Shown: piece by piece, positions 61,890-64,000 of the stretch | Layout of the letters: each line of letters begins with the position of its first letter | How positions within the stretch are numbered: the stretch's first letter is position 1 | Assembly: GCA_963767735.1 (NCBI GenBank) | Contig: CAVYES010000004.1 | Location: 64,001-128,000 of the forward strand | Source: Candidatus Bathyarchaeota archaeon | GTDB lineage: Archaea > Thermoproteota > Bathyarchaeia > Bathyarchaeales > Bathycorpusculaceae | DNA: 64,000 nucleotides | Reading direction: 5' to 3' | Made by a program: the position numbers and the translations under genes | The notes under the pieces: model-generated | What the model saw: only the letters and a program-made list of their open reading frames with translations | Databases searched by the model: none | Told to the model about the DNA's origin: nothing

Positions 61890-64000
61890 ATGCAAAATCT
61901 AAAAGGTAAAACTATGGCTATTTTGATTGCAGCGATTTTAACAATTTCAATAGGAGCTTCAATGACATTAATACCAAATGCTAGTGCACATACACCTCCG
62001 TGGAATATTCCAACGTACGCCTACATTAGTGCAGCACCTAGCACTTTAGGTGTCGGTCAGACGACACTCATTTATATGTGGCTGGATCCGGTTTATGGAG
62101 CGGCTGGTGGAACGAATATCGGAGCGGTTGGAACGACTGCCTTAAATGGTACACTTGCTGGTGCAGCATTGCTTTCAAATGACCATAGATTCCACAATTA
62201 CCAGCTTACCATTACAGCGCCTAACGGTGCGGTCACAACACAGTCTTGGGCTGTTGTCTCAGACCCTACATCAGATCAGTCTTATACCTTCACTCCTAAT
62301 GCGGTCGGCACATATAATTTCACCTTTAGTTACCCAGGACAAGTCTATGGGGCGGACGGCGACGGAAACCCATCTTCAGCATTAATTAACGATACTTATC
62401 TGCCAAGCAGCGCAACAACAACACTCACTGTGCAGTCAACACAAATTCCTGGGGCTATAACTAGCGAACCGCTACCTTCCGATTTCTGGACACGCCCAAT
62501 ATACGGCGAGAACACTAACTGGTACACGATTTCGAGTAACTGGCTAGGTACAGGTGCAGCATGGTATGCTAGTGCCACTACGGGTGTATACGACTTCCAT
62601 GCAGATGCCGTAGGACCCCTAACTGGTCATGTCATGTGGACACAGCCGCTTGAAATGGGAGGAATCGTTGGCGGGAACGAGTTTCCCGCTGATACGGGAG
62701 TCGGCTTCTTCGAGGGCACAGCATACTGTACAAGATTCGGCAATCCGATAATAATCGATGGATACCTATACTATCAAGAAGTAATAGGATTCACGAATGG
62801 CGCCGTTGGACCAACCATCTGCGTTAACCTGGTGACAGGGCAACAAGTTTGGAGCAGCACCACTGTACCTCCGTTATCATTCGGTTACATATACGACCTT
62901 TATGACCCCGACGAGCACGGAGTATTTCCGCCTATACTAGTTGCAGTTGTAGGAGGAGGAATCACCGGTACACCTTTGACTTGGGAGATGATTGATGCAT
63001 ACACAGGAACCCTACTGTTCAACGTAACCAATATTCCAGGCACGGCAGCTTCTATATCAGTCGGAGCTAACACATACGTGTCAACACCGGGTCCACAAGG
63101 CGAACAGTTGCGGTATGTCTTAGCTAACGCAGGCACCGCAGCTAAGCCAGATTGGTATTTGGCTGAGTGGAACATGTCCAAACTCTGGGTATACGATATT
63201 AATCCATACACTGGCATTGGAAGTCTACCTCCATCAATTATAAATGCAACCAACGGAGTCCTCGTTAATGAGGAGTCACCAACTTCACAAGATCCTATTC
63301 CAATTACAGGCACCATTGGTATCCTGCCAAATGGAACTGAGACCTTTATTCCCTATGGTTCCACACTGACAGTTAATGCAGGCGTCGGCATCCCGGAAGG
63401 TAAAGCTGCATCCAGCGTTAATCCGACAACCACTTATGACTGGAACGTTTCGGTACCATGGCTTAACACCATGCCTGTGCAGCCCTCGGCCCTCCCCGGT
63501 ACAGATACAATAGTACCAGCACCTCCTGGATTAGATCCCGTAAGGATTATTCAAGCTCAATATGGCAATATGTTACTTTGCGAAAACGGCACTCTACCTA
63601 CTGGTTTCGGGACAACCAGCATCGGCTATCCACAACTTCCATGGACAATGTTCGCAGTCAACCTTAATGCAACTAGAGGCGCAATCGGTTCGATACTGTG
63701 GATGCAGACCTATAACCCGCCAACAGGCAACGAAACTCTCGAACAAGGCCCAGTTGACTGGCAGACCGGTGTGGTCATGTTTAGTTTACAGGAAACTATG
63801 CAATGGGAAGGATACAGTCTGACTACAGGCAACCTATTATGGGGTCCAATTACACCTCAAACTGACTGGGACTACTATGGCAACTCAGGAACTTCAACTT
63901 TAGTCGGTGAATGTGCTTACGGCAACCTCTACTGCAGTTCATTTGGAGGCATATGTTACTGCTATAACGATTTAACTGGAAAACTGCTGTGGACCTACGG
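61890..64000 (+). CDS. Paralogous large beta-propeller surface protein (runs off right edge)
   Basis: ATG 61890 MQNLKGKTMAILIAAILTISIGAS; NIPTYAY, GVGQT, WTRPI, SNWLG motifs shared with the 58872 gene. Confidence 0.88.
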   Translation, partial: MQNLKGKTMAILIAAILTISIGASMTLIPNASAHTPPWNIPTYAYISAAPSTLGVGQTTLIYMWLDPVYGAAGGTNIGAVGTTALNGTLAGAALLSNDHRFHNYQLTITAPNGAVTTQSWAVVSDPTSDQSYTFTPNAVGTYNFTFSYPGQVYGADGDGNPSSALINDTYLPSSATTTLTVQSTQIPGAITSEPLPSDFWTRPIYGENTNWYTISSNWLGTGAAWYASATTGVYDFHADAVGPLTGHVMWTQPLEMGGIVGGNEFPADTGVGFFEGTAYCTRFGNPIIIDGYLYYQEVIGFTNGAVGPTICVNLVTGQQVWSSTTVPPLSFGYIYDLYDPDEHGVFPPILVAVVGGGITGTPLTWEMIDAYTGTLLFNVTNIPGTAASISVGANTYVSTPGPQGEQLRYVLANAGTAAKPDWYLAEWNMSKLWVYDINPYTGIGSLPPSIINATNGVLVNEESPTSQDPIPITGTIGILPNGTETFIPYGSTLTVNAGVGIPEGKAASSVNPTTTYDWNVSVPWLNTMPVQPSALPGTDTIVPAPPGLDPVRIIQAQYGNMLLCENGTLPTGFGTTSIGYPQLPWTMFAVNLNATRGAIGSILWMQTYNPPTGNETLEQGPVDWQTGVVMFSLQETMQWEGYSLTTGNLLWGPITPQTDWDYYGNSGTSTLVGECAYGNLYCSSFGGICYCYNDLTGKLLWTY

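Noticed and set aside
62146-63822. Short ORFs at the right end
   Set aside because: Alternative frames inside the long surface-protein gene starting at 61890.

Overview
Archaeal chromosomal window, most likely Bathyarchaeia. This is an inference from dph5-DUF357-ribL, HTH-fused CTP-dependent ribK, thiolase/DUF35, TrmB, frequent TTG/GTG starts, GGTGA-type RBSs and expanded PQQ-like/PEF-CTERM surface proteins. 1-15 kb: a DUF4011-SF1 helicase running off the left edge, HtrA and intact housekeeping genes (cobamide salvage, diphthamide, flavin). 15-36 kb: surface proteins, two tandem Amt transporters without GlnK, an ABC exporter and envelope enzymes. 36-58 kb: an accessory region with many tiny proteins. 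It includes a dispersed family of at least five intact and two decayed C-x(1-2)-C-x19-H-x3-H zinc-finger-like microproteins, mixed with stand-alone regulatory domains, a GT4/hairpin-glycosidase/CBS/GH130 cluster and several pseudogenes. 58-64 kb: TrmB divergent from two large beta-propeller surface paralogs. The two most unusual signals are the microprotein family and 4-5 genes whose apparent N-terminus begins at ACG/ATA/TTA instead of a canonical start codon. No rRNA, tRNA, CRISPR array or transposase was recognised. All family calls come from motif recognition, not database searches.
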